A program made the translations under genes and the position numbers. DNA of 64,000 bases from a bacterium (GTDB taxonomy: Bacteria > Spirochaetota > Spirochaetia > Treponematales > UBA12059): NCBI GenBank assembly GCA_035530295.1, contig DATKVB010000009.1, forward strand, positions 13,587 through 77,586. The letters run 5' to 3'. The notes beneath the pieces were generated by a model. It was not told the origin of the DNA, did not search any database, and saw only the letters and a program-made list of their open reading frames with translations. Of the stretch, positions 62,601 to 64,000 are shown one piece after another; the first letter of the stretch is position 1; each line of letters starts with the position of its first letter.

Positions 62601-63611
62601 TTATTTGAACTGCGTATAGTTGTCCTTGGTAACCTTCTGGTACGGAACCCAGACATACTTGCCATCGGAGATGGTCCAGCCGACGGTCGCGGGATCCTTG
62701 CCTGTGGCAAGGGCGAACGCTATGTCGAAGGTAGCTTTTCCCTGGTTCTTGGCATCGTTGAGGACGGTGCCGAGCAGGGTGCCCTGCTCAAGAGCCTGCA
62801 GCGCCGGAGCGGTGGCATCAACGCCTACGACCGGCAGGTACTTGTCGCCGGCGAAGAAGCCTTCCTGGCGGAGGGCTTCGATGGCTCCAAGGGCCATGTC
62901 ATCATTGTTGCAGAGCACTACTTCGATGCGGTTGCCAAACTTGGCCCAGAAGGCCTTCATCTTCTCGACGGCCTTGGGGCGATCCCAATAGGCGGTGTCT
63001 TCGGCGAGCTTCTCGACCTTCATGCCGGCGGCGGTGATGGCCTTGATTGAATACTCGGTGCGCAGCTCCGCGTCCTGGTGTCCTGGCTCACCCTTGAGCA
63101 TGATGTACTGTATGATTCCGTCGCCGTTCTTGTCGGCCTTGGGATTGGCTTTGAAATAGTCGACGACGATCTCGCCCTGCATGGTACCCGACTGCTCGGC
63201 CTTGGCGCCGACATAGTAGACTTTGTCCCACTTGGCCATGTCCTCAGGAAGGGGCTCGCGGTTGAAGAAGACCACAGGGGTCGAGCGGGCCTTGGCCTTG
63301 TCAATGATGGCGGCGGCTGCGGTGCGGTCAACGGGGTTGATCGCTATGACCTTGGCCTTCTTGGACAGGAACGCGTCGACTTGATCGTTCTGGGTCGGCT
63401 GGGCGTTCTGGGAATCGACCATCTCGACCGTGGCCTTGCCTGTCGCGTTGGCCTCGATTGCGTTTCTTACGTATGACATGAACGTGTCATCGAACTTGTA
63501 GATCGCTACGCCGATTTTTGGCATGGCGCTTTCCGCAGTCTTGGTGCCGCAGGAGACAACGAGCGTCCCGAGCACGACCAGGGCGGCGAGGATCGCGAAT
63601 AACTTCTTCAC
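62601..63611 (-). CDS. mglB: galactose/glucose-binding periplasmic lipoprotein
   Basis: GTG start after GAGGAGG and the lipobox VVSCG. Contains IGVAIYKFDDTFMSYVRNAIE, colinear with E. coli MglB. Confidence 0.85.
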   Translation of the reverse strand: MKKLFAILAALVVLGTLVVSCGTKTAESAMPKIGVAIYKFDDTFMSYVRNAIEANATGKATVEMVDSQNAQPTQNDQVDAFLSKKAKVIAINPVDRTAAAAIIDKAKARSTPVVFFNREPLPEDMAKWDKVYYVGAKAEQSGTMQGEIVVDYFKANPKADKNGDGIIQYIMLKGEPGHQDAELRTEYSIKAITAAGMKVEKLAEDTAYWDRPKAVEKMKAFWAKFGNRIEVVLCNNDDMALGAIEALRQEGFFAGDKYLPVVGVDATAPALQALEQGTLLGTVLNDAKNQGKATFDIAFALATGKDPATVGWTISDGKYVWVPYQKVTKDNYTQFK

Positions 63612-63630
63612 GATAGATACCTCCTCATGT

Positions 63631-63658
63631 GGTAAGCGAACCGTACGGTTCGCTTACC
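63631..63658. promoter_or_regulatory. 28-bp perfect palindrome in the mglB leader
   Basis: GGTAAGCGAACCGTACGGTTCGCTTACC lies immediately upstream of the mglB RBS. It could be an operator or an RNA hairpin. Confidence 0.5.
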
Positions 63659-63797
63659 CTAGGCTATAACGGCTTTGCGAAACGCGATACAGGACAGTCT
63701 TTCTATCTTCTGGATAGCCGTTCGAGCACCGTGCCGCGTTTCTGCAAACAGATAGCACAAAACGCGCATGGCTGTCTGGCAAGTCCAGATATGGCAC

Positions 63798-64000
63798 CTA
63801 GTCACCCAGCACGTTGCGATAGATATCGCTCTCCAGGTGAAAACCATCCTTGACTATGGTTTCCTTGAGCAGAGATCGATCGACGGCGATCGGCTCCAAC
63901 TCATAGAAGGGCACACGATAGGTGCCATCCCAAATGGCGTTGTGTACCGTGACACGATCCTTGCGAGCGAGGTAGACCGCAAGCTCCGCGGCCTTGGCGG
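63798..64000 (-). CDS. sugar ABC transporter substrate-binding protein, C-terminal fragment (5' end outside window)
   Basis: My manual translation of the minus strand gives ...AKAAELAVYLARKDRVTVHNAIWDGTYRVPFYELEPIAVDRSLLKETIVKDGFHLESDIYRNVLGD, with the stop at 63798-63800. The ending resembles XylF/ChvE-type binding proteins. Confidence 0.5.
   Translation of the reverse strand, partial: AKAAELAVYLARKDRVTVHNAIWDGTYRVPFYELEPIAVDRSLLKETIVKDGFHLESDIYRNVLGD

Overview
High-G+C chromosomal fragment carrying about 57 protein-coding genes. I found no rRNA, tRNA, CRISPR array, transposase or integrase by eye. All calls rest on motif recognition in the supplied ORF translations and on reading the DNA; no database search was possible. 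Gene content suggests a spirochaete-like organism (inference). The supporting genes are a FadL/UPF0164-like outer-membrane protein with a C-terminal TPR tail, an ODP-type di-iron sensor next to a soluble MCP, MglBAC, a 1569-aa BNR-HAMP-SpoIIE sensor phosphatase and large TPR lipoproteins.

Most of the window is housekeeping or transport:
- RNA modification and translation: two RluA-family synthases, TruA, a TrmH-family methyltransferase, YhbY and EF-G.
- DNA and lipid metabolism: SbcB and two HX4D acyltransferases.
- Transport: Fe(III)-type, NitT/TauT-type and Mgl ABC systems.
- Regulation: an AtoSC-like two-component system driving an atoE-like gene from a clear sigma-54 promoter, and a Fur-family regulator.

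Five regions stand out:
1. 52605-59800 is a same-strand seven-gene locus. Four paralogous proteins of a family I cannot place are interleaved with a PPP-type metallophosphatase and a PI3/4-kinase- or HipA-like atypical kinase. It ends in a Hanks-type pseudokinase whose C-terminal P-loop-like module also looks degenerate. This is my best candidate for an undescribed system.
2. 14544-21374 is an Arn-like envelope-glycan cluster with a GT2::ATP-grasp fusion and an embedded ABC importer.
3. A roughly 115-bp element with conserved 19-20-bp inverted termini occurs twice (26546-26660 and 46719-46834). Each copy sits beside a lower-G+C insert.
4. A 1.7-kb PadR/DUF1048 islet is inserted at the truA 3' end, leaving a diverged truA 3' remnant at about 48387-48461.
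5. 31323-33016 is an ODP-like di-iron protein coupled to a transmembrane-less MCP.

Many long antisense ORFs in the track are high-G+C shadow ORFs and were rejected.
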